Of a stretch of DNA of 64,000 bases, positions 13,222 to 24,903 are shown in pieces (positions within the stretch are counted from its first letter, which is position 1; the number at the start of each line of letters is the position of its first letter). The DNA is taken from the NCBI RefSeq assembly GCF_006345805.1, contig NC_043008.1, forward strand, positions 66,340,001-66,404,000, read 5' to 3'. The stretch is from Octopus sinensis. Taxonomy: Eukaryota. The translations under genes were made by a program, and so were the position numbers. The notes below the pieces were generated by a model. The model saw nothing but the letters and a program-made list of their open reading frames with translations, had not been told where the DNA came from and ran no database searches.

Positions 13222-13484
13222 CATATACAAAGATACATATATGCTTACATATACAAAGAAGAAGCCATGGATGTTATAGCATGGAAATCTAAATTTACTT
13301 ACCGAGACAGGAACTGAGTATCGCCTGAGGAGATACATATGGATCTTCTTAGACAGGTAAATCATTAAATAATTTAATTTAAACTTAACTTTAAATCCTG
13401 TATATACGAGGATCTGTATGTATCGAAACATTTGTAGTGATTAAAAAGCTGCCTAACTGTACTTACTCTTACTTTTGACTCTTT
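13054..13484. mobile_element. Fold-back/MITE-like element with about 113-bp inverted arms
   Basis: Left arm 13054-13166 (aaaagtcaaaag...gttaggcagctttttaatcactac...gtatatacaggatttaaagttaag) is the reverse complement of 13372-13484 with about 10 mismatches. Confidence 0.85.
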
Positions 13485-13659
13485 TATTTTTTACTTTTTA
13501 TTTTCACACACGAGGAATACCTAAGACTAGAATTGGTAGCATACCATAAGAATACTACCAGCTTTTTGGGAATTCTAAGGGTGAACGAGCTCTATTTGTA
13601 CTCTAATACGTTCTTAACAGAACACACCTCAACTATATTGGTATATATATATATATATC

Positions 13660-14158
13660 AGCCTTGCCTGGCACCTGTGCAGGTGGCACGTAAAAAGCAC
13701 CCACTACACTCACGGAGTGGTTGGCATTAGGAAGGGCATCCAGCTGTAGAAACATTGCCAGATCAGACTGGAGCCTGGTGCAGCCCCTGGCTTCCCAGAC
13801 CCTGGTCGAACCGTCCAACCCGTGCTAGCGCGGAAAACGGACGTTAAACAATGATGATGATATAAGACACCATTCGAGCATGATCGTTACCAACATCACC
13901 TTACTGGCACCTGTGCCGGTGGCATGTGTAAAAGATTTGAGCGAGGTCGTTGCCAGTACCGCCCGATTGGCCCCATGCCGGTGGCACATAAAAGGACCCA
14001 CTACACTCGTGGAGTGGTTGGCATTAGGAAGGGCATCTAGCTGTAGAAACTCTGCCAGATCAAGATTGAAGCCTGGTGCAGCCATCTGGTTCGCCAGACT
14101 TCAGTCAAATCGTCCAATCCATGCTAGCATGGAAAGCGGACGTTAAACGATGATGATA
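13660..14158 (+). mobile_element. Two tandem family C (RTE-tail) copies
   Basis: Each ends in gctagc(g/a)...ggaaa...ggacgttaaac(a/g)atgatgat (13660-13862 and 13870-14158). Confidence 0.85.
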
Positions 14159-14424
14159 TATATATATATGTGTGTGTGTGTGTTTGTATATAAAAATATG
14201 TGTATGTGTATATATATATATATGTACATATATATTTAATCATCATTATCATCCTGTAACATCTGTTTTCCATGCTGGCATGGGTTGGATGGTTTGAAGA
14301 ACTGCACCAGGTTCCAGTCTGATTTGGCTTGGTTTCTACAGCTGGATGCCCTTCCTAATTCCAATCATTTTACAGAGTGTACTCGGTGTCTTTTACACGG
14401 CACTGGCATAGGTGCTTTTGTGTG

Positions 14425-14868
14425 TTAGTGTGTGTGTGTATATTTGTATCTCCATGTCTCAACATCACGTGATGCTTGCGGTTGCCACGTAGATATGTTT
14501 TTTGAGTTTGGTGTTGGAACTTTGGGTGTGGTATGACCTTTGTTGTTGTTGTTACTAGTTTTATGTTCTTTGTTGGATATTTTCGCTAATTTTCTGTTTA
14601 TTTTACATGTTAGTTCCTTATTCAGTTGTTTGATGCAGAGTTTTATTTCGTTTGCGTCTGGTTTTGCTGTATCGTGTTTAAGTTTTCGTTCTCTAGTTTT
14701 TGTGAGGTTGGCGCAGTTTCGGGTGTCTAATTGGGATTGTGTTTTTTCTTTTTGTTGATTTGAGATGTGGTTTTTAGATGCATCTATGATTATTTTGTGG
14801 AATGTATACATTCCAAATTCAATGTTGTCTAGTGTGGAACAGCTGAATTCCAATAAACCTGATTCCAT
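14425..14868 (-). mobile_element. Possible decayed retroelement ORF fragment (Penelope-like N-terminal region?)
   Basis: 147-aa K/N-rich open frame (...ANLTKTRERKLKHD...) whose composition resembles the region upstream of the RT in Penelope-like elements. No catalytic motif seen. Confidence 0.25.
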
Positions 14869-15290
14869 TTCTTGGTGGAAATTAAGCTCTTGTTCCTGTA
14901 GAAGTTCACAAAAGTATTTTCACTTTTGACATTGCAGTTTGTGTATATATGTGTGCATGTATGTATATGTGTGTGTGTTGTGATGAATCTGTGGAATGTT
15001 GGAAAATTGGTTGCCATCTGGTTGAAAACAGAAGGGCTGTTGCTAATGGCTTAGTGAAATGTATGTTAATGTGGGCCATTTAGGATTAGACAGTGTCCCT
15101 TTCTTAAGATATTGTTTCACCCTTGTCTATCTTATGTGTCATTTCAAAACCCTTTTGAAGATATCAAAATCTCCCTGAATGATGATGTTTGTGAAAGTGT
15201 TAGCATTGAAGTCGTATGTAACCTTGTGAGAATTAGCGAAATCCTTGAAGGTTATAAATAAATAAATTTGAAATGATAATGTTATGCAAC

Positions 15291-15678
15291 TGGCTGTGTG
15301 GTAAGTAGCTTGCTTACCAACCACATGGTTCCGGGTTCAATCCCACTGCGTGGCACCTTGGGCAAGTGTCTTCTACTATAGCCTCGGGCCGACCAAAGCC
15401 TTTTGAGTGGATTTGGTAGACGGAAACTGAAAGAAGCCTGTCATATATATGTATATATGTGTGTGTGTATATGTTTCTGTGTCTGTGTTTGTTCCCCCAG
15501 CATCACTTGACAACCAATGCTGATGTGTTTACATCCCCGTAACTTAGTGGTTCGGCAAAAGAGACCGATAGAATAAGTACTAGGCTTACAAAGAATAAGT
15601 CCTGGGGTCAATTTGCTCAACTAAAGGCGGTGCTCCAGCATGGCCACAGCCAAATAACTGAAACAAGTAAAAGAGTAA
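15291..15678 (+). mobile_element. SINE family A, full length
   Basis: tggctgtgtggtaagtagcttgcttacc...ggttcaatcccactgcg (Pol III A/B-box-like head) through gactgaaacaagtaaaagag. Confidence 0.92.
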
Positions 15679-16381
15679 ACATACACAAATGAAAATTGCC
15701 CTGTCACAATTGAACCTATATTGCCTGATTAACAGACCAAAATGTAATCTTTATGTGAGTAATTATGCCATACACATTTCAAATTATGCCATTACACCTA
15801 CTGTTTGCAATCAATTAATTTCTTACTTCCTACTTTTATTTCTTTCTCATAGCTCTATCTCTACCCTCTCCCTCCCCTATTATTGATATATTTCCATATT
15901 CTTCCCATTCTCTTCTCCCTTTTCTTTTGTATTTCTACTCTTCTTTCTCCCTATTTACCCTCAGTTCTATCTCCTTCTCAGTTTTCTTACTCTGTCACAT
16001 TTACTTCCACCCTTATATCTATCTAAATTCCTTGTCAGCTGTCACCAAATGTTAAAAAAACAAATCTTAGAATTTCACTCATCTATCTATATAAATATAT
16101 AAAATTCTTTGTCTCTCTGTCTGTCTCTTCCCAAATTCATTCTCAAATGGTTCAACCAAATCAAATCAAATTTTACATAGTAATAGTGTCAGACCCCATG
16201 AGTGTCAACATGTAATTTATTTTTTCATTAAGACAAATTCAATATTGGTACTGGTTTGGTATTACACGTCAAAAGTGAAAGAATAACATCTATATTGTAA
16301 TGTGATATAATATTACTTCACTTTTAATTCTAATGGAATAAGACTATAATATTGTTTCACTTTTAGTCTTTCGCTTACAAT

Positions 16382-16620
16382 TATATCCTAATGTCAACAA
16401 CATTACGCATCGGCAACTTTCTGTCTTTACGGCCATGACAGCAAAATGGTGTGTCAGTGTGTGTGTTGACTAATAATAATAACATTGAAAAATACCTTAG
16501 GAATGAGACCCCAGGTTCAAAATGTCCATAAGACACCTGATGAAGGCTGGATTGTATATCAGCCGAAACGTTGTGTAACATGAGGACAAATATCTGTCAA
16601 ATGTAAATAATGTAAATAAA
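16382..16620 (+). mobile_element. Short hammerhead-bearing dispersed repeat (Penelope-terminal or retrozyme-like)
   Basis: Contains the ribozyme motif listed next. The tail aatatc(t/c)gtcaaatgtaaata recurs at 54188-54210. Confidence 0.6.
16533..16576 (+). ncRNA. Minimal type I hammerhead ribozyme
   Basis: ACAC-CTGATGA-A-GGCTGG attgtata TCAGCC-GAAAC-GTT-GTGT: intact core, stem I ACAC/GTGT, stem II GGCTG/CAGCC, palindromic AACGTT stem III. Confidence 0.8.
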
Positions 16621-16999
16621 GTACAGTTAGTTTAGACAGGTCTTTACAATCTGTAGATGCCTTAAAATAACAACCATATATGCTTCCAATTTTTGTAAGA
16701 ACATCTGATGTAACCGATTTATTGCACATAAATTTTAATAGCAAAATCTTATGTGAACCCCAAGGGCCATTGGACCCTGGTCAAGAACCACTACTCAAGA
16801 GTGTCACAGATTCATCTTATGAGGGCACTTACTGACAGACATTTATTTTAGCACTTTTTTTTTTCAGTTTATACCCTATTTAGTATAGTTTATACCCTGT
16901 TTCTAATATCCGTCCGCAAACCTGGTGAGAGATTATTGTTTCTAGAGTGTTACCCAGGCATAAGACTAGCAACTTTAGAAATATACTTTTGCAATTATG

Positions 17000-17175
17000 G
17001 GTACTTGCTTGCTTGCTTTGTGCTCTTGCTCGATAAGGATGGGGTTATCCCAGGTTAGTGGTCTCAGAGACATCATCATGCATAGAGCCGACCAAATCTA
17101 CAAGTGCTCTCCATCACTGGCTTTCCTATGCCAGCCTCTCTGCATCCTCCAAGGTGATGTTGAGCCTCTAGAGAT
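17000..17175 (-). mobile_element. Decayed RTE LINE ORF2 extreme C-terminus
   Basis: Minus strand reads LDVIGENL*RLNITLEDAERLA*ESQ*WRALVDLVGS, a typical RTE ending (W..A..R..WR..V). Confidence 0.6.
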
Positions 17176-18278
17176 TTTCACCAATCACATCTAGAATTAT
17201 GAGTAATATCAAGAATTATAGCATGCAATATAATAATTATAATTTTTAACAATATAATAATTATAATTTTTAATTATAAGTTTTAACATCAAATTTCTTG
17301 ATGCTTATATATACAAAATGGTGAAATGAATATTAATTTTCAAGCTGAAATATTTATTACCTTAAAATGTAATTAAATATAACAAACTTCTCATTTGTAT
17401 AACTTCCCTCCCATAACTGTTCAGTCATTTACTCCTTCTCTTCCCCCTCCTCTGTTTCTATGTTTCTTTCTCTCGTGTGTTTGTGAGTAGCATTCCTTTT
17501 CTCATTTACTGCCATCAAACATTATATGTGCACTCACCCTGCTCCTCTTATGCTAACTTACTCACTCACTCTCTCTGTCTCTTACTCTGTCGCCTCTATA
17601 TATGATGTAAAGTGTGACCACAGAAATCAATCAGTCAGTCAACCAACAAAACAAACCAACCAAACAACACATATACATCTATATCAACTATTATTAAATA
17701 GAGATTAGTTCTGGATGGCTAAGTTGCTGTAAATGCAATCCCAGAAACACACTCTATAGTGTATGATGAAAGAAAAAAAAAATAAATAAATACTTAAATG
17801 CATACACTTGAACACATAAATTAATTTTATTTGAAAATATATATATTTAGCTTTAAAAAAATTATTTTTGAGGTTATTGACTCTCAGACTAGTACAGAAC
17901 AGGCAATAACATGCTTTTGGCATGTTGCTACTTTGTCCCTTCTGAGGTTTTAAACATCACCGTCTTCACCATCTGGTCTTTTGGAATGTGTTGTAAGGTT
18001 TTCATTCTGTTACCCACATTTGGAACAGATCGTCTTTTCCCCAACCATCCCCCACCCCCATCATCGCAGACATGAACCGGAAAAGCCTTCAAAAGGGCTT
18101 GGTTACAGCCCTACTTTGTTTTATCAAATACTGCCTCCCCTGTAATGTTAATGTCTGCCCTTTTAGTGTTACAACAGAAAGAGCCTTTAATTTTACCACC
18201 AACCAATGGGATTGAAACCATGATCATGTGGTTGGGAAGTGAATTCCTTAAGCACATATGCCTGTACATATGTACTTA

Positions 18279-18622
18279 GGTAAGGAGTTTGCTTTACAAC
18301 CACATGGTTCCAGGTTCCATCCCACTGCATGTCTTCTACTATAGCTCCGGGCCAACCAAAGCCTTGTGAGTGGATTTGGTAGATGGGAACTGAAAGCCTT
18401 GTGTGTGTGTGTCTGTGTTTATCCCACATTAATGCTTGATGACCAGTATTGGTGGGTTTACATCCCTATAACTTAGCAGTTTGGCAAAAGAGACCAATAG
18501 AATAAGTACCAGGCTGAAAAAGTAAGATCAGTACTGGGATCGATTAGTTTGGCTAAAATTCCTCAAGGTGGTGCCCTAGCATAGCTGTAGTCTAATCACT
18601 GAAACGAGTAAAAGATAAAAGA
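18279..18622 (+). mobile_element. SINE family A, decayed
   Basis: ccaaccaaagccttgtgagtggatttggtagatgggaactgaaag...ataacttagcagtttggcaaaagagacc. Confidence 0.85.
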
Positions 18623-18915
18623 TGATATCTATATATATAAAAGATTTTATATATATTTATATATATATATATATTATATATATATATATACACTGTACAT
18701 TTAAACACATTCCCTTCGAAGTTTTATCCCTAATAGTGGTTTTGAAATTTAAGTGTTCTTTCTAGTGTGCAAGGAGTCCTATGTGGATGCCTCTTATGTG
18801 TTTAAATGTACGCTGTATTTATATGAATAATATATAGTCTATTGACTAAATTTTTATATGCTAGGCCACTGGTAGTAGAAATTTCTAATATTTCTTATTA
18901 CCCTTGATATTATTA

Positions 18916-18955
<40 letters not shown>

Positions 18956-19451
18956 CATGTGTGACTCTGGTAAGAAGTTTGCTTCCAAATCGTGCTGATT
19001 CAGCCCCACTGCATAGCACCTTGGGAAAATAACTTCTACTATATCCCCATACTGTCCAAACCCTTGGGAGTGGATTTAGTAGATGGGAACTGAGCGTGTG
19101 TGTTAGTGACTCCTTTGACATCACATGGTAGTTGTGAAATGAATGCACATGGTGCTCTTTATTTTCAATCTTCCATGGAATCATGCCCAGCCATGGTGGG
19201 GAAAAGATTACCGTACTTAGAGGCAAGTGAAGGTTTGCAACAGGAACAGTCTCTGGCCATAGAAAAGAAAAAAAAAATTCTCTTCAGTAAATTTCATCCA
19301 ACCTATGCAAGCTGAAAAAGTAGATGAAAATGATGACAATGTTATATCAATTTGTGGAACCATTAATCCCAGAACACATTTTTTCTCTCTTTGGCATACT
19401 AGCATTTCTGCCAGCTCATTGCCTTCTCCTTAACGAATATTGGCTGTATAA

Positions 19452-19876
19452 TTTAACCCTTTAGCATGGAAATCAACCATATTTGATCCAAATATCCTAC
19501 ATGTTTTGTATTCAAAATGGCTAGATCTGTCCTCTCTCGTCTAACCTACAATGTCATTCTAAAAATAAACAATCACATCAGTGAGATGATGCGTGATTAA
19601 TTTATCTCTTTATTGCCCACAGGGGGCTAAACATAGAGGGGGACAAACAAGGATAGACAAAGGGATTAAGTCGATTATATCATCCCCAGTGCATGGCTGG
19701 TACTTATTTAATCGACCCCGAAAGGATGAAAGGCAAAGTCGACCTCGGCGGAATTTGAACTCAGGACGCTAAGTATTTCGCCAGGCGTGCTAACGATTCT
19801 GCCATCTCGCTGCCAGGTGAATAAATAATAATAAGCATTACATTTGTCAGAGTAATCTGAATGCTAAAGAGTTAAA
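19452..19876 (+). mobile_element. TTAA-flanked piggyBac-like MITE interrupted by a family B SINE
   Basis: ttaaccctttagc...aatgctaaagagttaa ends; SINE B on the minus strand at about 19603-19814 inside it. Confidence 0.8.
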
Positions 19877-20564
19877 TACCAAAGATACCAAAAGAAAAAT
19901 ACAGTTCTTTCCATTTTGTGTGCCATCTCCATTTTGGTGAAATGAAAGTGCATTGCCTTCCTTCCATGGCAGAAAAGCACTGACTTATGTGTGTATATGT
20001 ATGTATATAGAAACATTACTTCTAAACAACCTACTTAGAGAGTATTACTGTTGTATTGTTTATTTTGAAGTGTGTTGAGGACTTATATATTAGTCATCTG
20101 ATAGTGTTTACTGTATTATTGTTCCACACTATGTATGTGGTGTTTTGTTTATCGTTTTGGTCTTGTATTTATACTGTTGTTTATTCAGTATTATATTCCT
20201 TCTTTCATTTCCTTTCTTTCCCTCTCTCTTTTGTTGCTCTGTGGGAACTTTGCGTTGTGGTCATGGTTTTTTAGTTGTATTTTATTTTATTTCATGTCAG
20301 TTCTGATAAAGCAAACCTGTATATGATCTAATGCCCAACTAGAAGCCACCCTGTCTCTTATTCAGGCAAACTATATATTTATAACTAAATTATCAAATAT
20401 CTCCTTCCATTTTGTTTTTTTTTCTTTTTTCTATATTATTAATCTGGTGGTAGTGTGAATCAAGTGAGTAAAATTTGGCTGTTATTTCTAGCTGGTTGAG
20501 TGACCATATTGAAGCTTGTTTATTGATTCAAATTCTGTTATTGCTGTTTTTGTTGTTATTGCGC

Positions 20565-20962
20565 TGACAACTGACAAGTCCCTTAATCCCTTTGGGGTTG
20601 TTGGAGCATTGCAGCTATGGGGCATATCTAGGGCAAGAAAGCCTGGCAGAGCCCATCCCTCTCCTGGCTACTCATTTCTACAGCTGAGTGAACTGGAGGA
20701 ATGTGAAATGAAGTGCTTTGCTCAAGAACACAATGGATCACCAAGTCCAGAGATCAAAACCACAATCTTAGAGTTGTGAATCCAACACCCTAACCACTAA
20801 GCAATGTGCCTCCCCTAGTGATACTCATTTCCACAGCTGAGTAGACTGGAGCAACATGAAGTGAAGAGTTTTGCTCAAGAACACAACACATCGCCTGATC
20901 CATAAACTGAAACCACAATCTTACACTCATGAGTCCAACAGCCTAACAAAGCCATGCGCCTA
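20565..20962 (-). mobile_element. Dimeric SINE family D
   Basis: Reverse complement of 6935-7332, including both heads and the tail (shared translation RKPGxAHPSPG in the ORF track). Confidence 0.85.
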
Positions 20963-21752
20963 CTCCAAGGCAACTCTCCAACCTTTGATCAAACACATTC
21001 CAATTATGACCACCCTGACTTCAGCTGTCATTTATATACAAATTCCTAATGTTTTAATATTTTTGAGTATATGTTGTAAGTATATGTGATTTGTGTGCCA
21101 TAGACACAAATAAAATATTTTTTGTAATTGAAAAGTTGAATATAGTTCTGAGAGGAAGAAAAAGCTGCATCACACAAAATGAATAATATAATAAAAGTTT
21201 TGTTCTGTCAGTTTGGTTTGGCAGCGTACAGTTTGAAGATTTGCATCTTTTACTGTCCAAGAAACATAAAGAATATATCCAGCTGTCAGTATTATATCTT
21301 ATTGAATTTTATATCCACTTCTCCAGTCCATTAAATATAATAGAATTGGTAACTAGGTATTGCACTTAGCAGTCTGTTTTACTACAGCATTTTAGATTTC
21401 ATCTGCAGAGCTTCAAGGATTTTTTTTTATCCAATACAGACACTGCTAATGCTGTCATCATCATTTGTTATTATTTAATATTAATATTTCAGCAATGATG
21501 ACATAATAGTTACTGATCCATTTCTATTGGTTTACCATTTTTAGAATTATTGTTTGGCTCAATTCTCTTAAATCTCCGCCTTATAAATTGGTCAAAGAAC
21601 TCTAGAAGAATACATTTCTTATATGTTATGTGATCTTTTTTTCTTTCGTTTCTGAGTTGTTTATCAGTTGAGCAACATATTGCAGAAGTTACCAGAACTT
21701 CAAATGGAATGCTTTTGTTTTAGTTCTCAGTGTGCAAAGTTCAAATTCTTAT

Positions 21753-22164
21753 TTCTTTATTGTCCACAAGGGGCTAAACATAGAGGGGATAAACAAGGAC
21801 AGACAAATGGATTAAGTTGATTACATCAACCCCAGTGCGTAACTGGTACTTAATTTATCAACCCCGAAAGGATGAAGTGCAAAGTCAACCTTGGCAGAAT
21901 TTGAACTCTGAACGTAACAGCAGACGAAATACCTATTTCTTTATTGCCCACAAGGGGCTAAACATAGAGGGGACAAACAAGGACAGACAAAGGGATTAAG
22001 TCGATTACATCGACCCCAGTGCGTAACTGGTACTTAATTTATCGACCCTGAAAGGATGAAAGGCAAAGTCGACCTCGGTGGAACTTGAACTCAGAACGTA
22101 ACAGCAGACGAAAAACTGCAAAGCATTTCGCCCAGCGTGCTAATGTTTCTGCCAACTTGGCGCC
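21753..22164 (-). mobile_element. Head-to-tail dimer of SINE family B
   Basis: Two units (21753-21933 and 21934-22164) joined at gacgaaatacc|tatttctttattgccc. Confidence 0.92.
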
Positions 22165-23014
22165 AGGGTACAAATTCTGCCAAGAACAACCTTATCTTTT
22201 GTCCTTGCTCTTTCAAGCTTGCTAAAGTAGCAGTCCGGAGTGGAGGATTGGCAGAAACATTGTAGCATTAAATGAGATACCTTACAGTGTCTCTTTTGGT
22301 TCTTTGAGATTTAAGTTCAGATTCCACCTTGTACCACCTACTTACTTGTGGATGGAATCATGATCTTCTGGATCTAGGTAACAGGGATAAATGGTGTGAT
22401 TTGTGTAGTAGAACAATATTTGAGTTGCATTAATGCAACATCATGCCAACTCTATACTAAATTGAAATAAATACTAAGACAAAGTAAGAGCAGAGTTGGG
22501 GGTGGCTCCAATGAAAATTATTTGACCTATCTCACTAACTGTTGCTTTGACTTCTATAACTATAGTTCAACCTACCCCAGTGGCCATTATTTGACCTTTG
22601 CTATGATTGTTGTTTAACCTCACTCAGTGGCCATTGTTTGATATCTCCTATGATCACTGACTCTCCCTCATTACCATTCTTTGACCACTATTATGACTGT
22701 TTGACCTCTCCCATGACTCCTCTCTCAGAGGAGAAAAAATCCTCTCAAGACCTCTGCCATGACCAATGGTTACTTCCCAGAATGGTGACACTCTGAGCAT
22801 CTGGGAATTAATTTCAGTTATTTTAACAAAATTCTTGATTATTTTCAAAATTAATTGAAATAAAGCTGTGTATTTCAACAGGAATATGGTAATAAAATGG
22901 TTAACTGAAAACATTTTTACATAAAATTTTAACTGGAAGGTTTTAAATTAGATGTAAGCACTTTACAACATTCCTATTCTCAGGCGAATTTTGGGAGTGG
23001 ACCTTCAAATTGGG

Positions 23015-23240
23015 TTAACCCTTTAGCATTTAAACCAGCCATATCTATTCCAAATATTCTACCTGTTGTATGTTCAAACAGTATGGCCAGATCTGGTCTC
23101 TCACACCTACCCTACATTGTCATTGTAAAAATAAACAATCACATCATTGAAATCTCAAAATCTATGAGATAATGCATGATTAATTCAAAACAATGTGTAT
23201 GAATAAGCATTACATTTGATGGTAGAATCTAAATGGCTTA
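23015..23240 (+). mobile_element. TTAA piggyBac-like MITE
   Basis: ttaaccctttagcatttaaaccagcc...; same family as 19452, 26546, 29520 and 39778. Confidence 0.8.
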
Positions 23241-23384
23241 TGGTTAAGGCACCATTTCACAAATGGGTTTTGTGAAACAATTTCTTGAAGTTCAGTAATA
23301 CAAGGTGTCTTTTTATAAAACTTGAATAATAATTTTCACGTTTTTCAAAATATCTTATATGTTTTTCTCTCTCCTCTCTCTCTC

Positions 23385-23435
<51 letters not shown>

Positions 23436-24903
23436 AAATAAATAAATAAATTCTCTATCTGAGACAATTTAGATTGTCTGTCTTGGTAAAATAAGGAATG
23501 GTGTGAGTTGTCTGTAAAAGACTGGGATGGGTTCTGCAATATTTTGGAAAATTGTATAGTTTCATGCCAGAAAACAATTTGGGAATTGCTGATTTAAGAG
23601 ACATCTATGGAACAATTTTTATTTCATTTAATTCATGCAATTTTATCATAATTATTTCATTAAATTCTGCAGAGTCCCATGCTAAAGTAAGTTTGACTTA
23701 AGAAAGAGACATTAACTATAGAAAAAAAAAATTCATTTTATTCCTGTATTTGTATCACAATAATTTTGTTAAGTTCTCTATTCATTCCACTTTTGTTACT
23801 CTTAGACTGTTAACAGTCCATTTGGCACCATTACACTGCACCACGACTATAAATTTGGTAGGCTTTCTATCTCATATTACAGAAATTCCTATTGATTTCT
23901 TTGCACTCCATTCTTTGCTTTTTGGAAAGAAGAAAAAAAATTATTGATCTCATTCCTGTATCTGATCTTGTTACTTACTTGTGCCCCTCTGAGATTCTGC
24001 CCTGTTCCTTCCTTCCTTTTATCATGGAATCCTTATTGATTTTTTTTTTCTTAACATTCTTTTTTTTTTTCTTTCTTTGTCTTAATTTTTATTAACGATT
24101 CACTCATGCTTAGGTTAGTTTTGCTTGTTTTTCTCTTTTGTATCAGCAAACCAGACATAATTATTTGCTGGCTGGCTGGCTGTCTCTTTACTCTTTCTGA
24201 TCAACTGTATGAATAAGATAACTGCAGCTCCCTCTAGGGAGCAATCATATTTAAACTCTGGACTGATCCTTTGCTTACTTGTGCATGCATATGTGTGCAA
24301 AAGAGAGCCAAGAATATATGAAATGAGTGCAGATATGTGCATTCATACATATTTGTATGATAAATAGTAAAAGCCGATCTCAGGAGATTGAAATTCATGA
24401 AGGAGACAAAAGGCTGCATGCAACAAGTAGCAAGATGCTGTGCTAGAGAACACTCATCTAACCCATGCTTACATAGAAAATATCTCTGTAAAAATGATGA
24501 TGAATGATATTTGTATCATTTTTAGAATCGTTACTGAAAGAGATCTCGTTCTTACTCTCTCTCCTCAACCGCCCTTCTGTCTATCTCTCATTGATTGGTT
24601 TCCTTTTGTCTTTATATCCTATTACACACTCAAACACACACACACACACATTTATAAATACATACATCCACTATAAATCATCATCATCATCATTTGTTTT
24701 TCTTTGCTGGTGTAGATTGGATGACTATTCTGAAGCAGGATTTTAAAATTGACTGCCCTTCCTGTCATCAAACCGTTTAGTTGTCTCATATGGCATGCAG
24801 AGAAGTGGTATAACTAATCTAAGAATAGAGATTTACACACAAATATATATAAAGGTGTGTGTGTATGTATGTATGTATGTATGTTTGTGTGTATACATAT
24901 ATA

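Noticed and set aside
13633-14146. ORFs with LQLDALPNANHS motifs, recurring at 63581-63886
   Set aside because: Antisense translations of the multi-copy RTE-tail repeat, not a gene family.
15291-15365. tRNA-like A/B boxes (also 6935, 7082, 34208, 42236, 47100-47170, 56795)
   Set aside because: No complete cloverleaf; each continues into a multi-copy SINE body.
17925-18060. Possible additional RTE LINE fragments (also 29200-29500)
   Set aside because: Translation similarity is too weak to annotate without a search.
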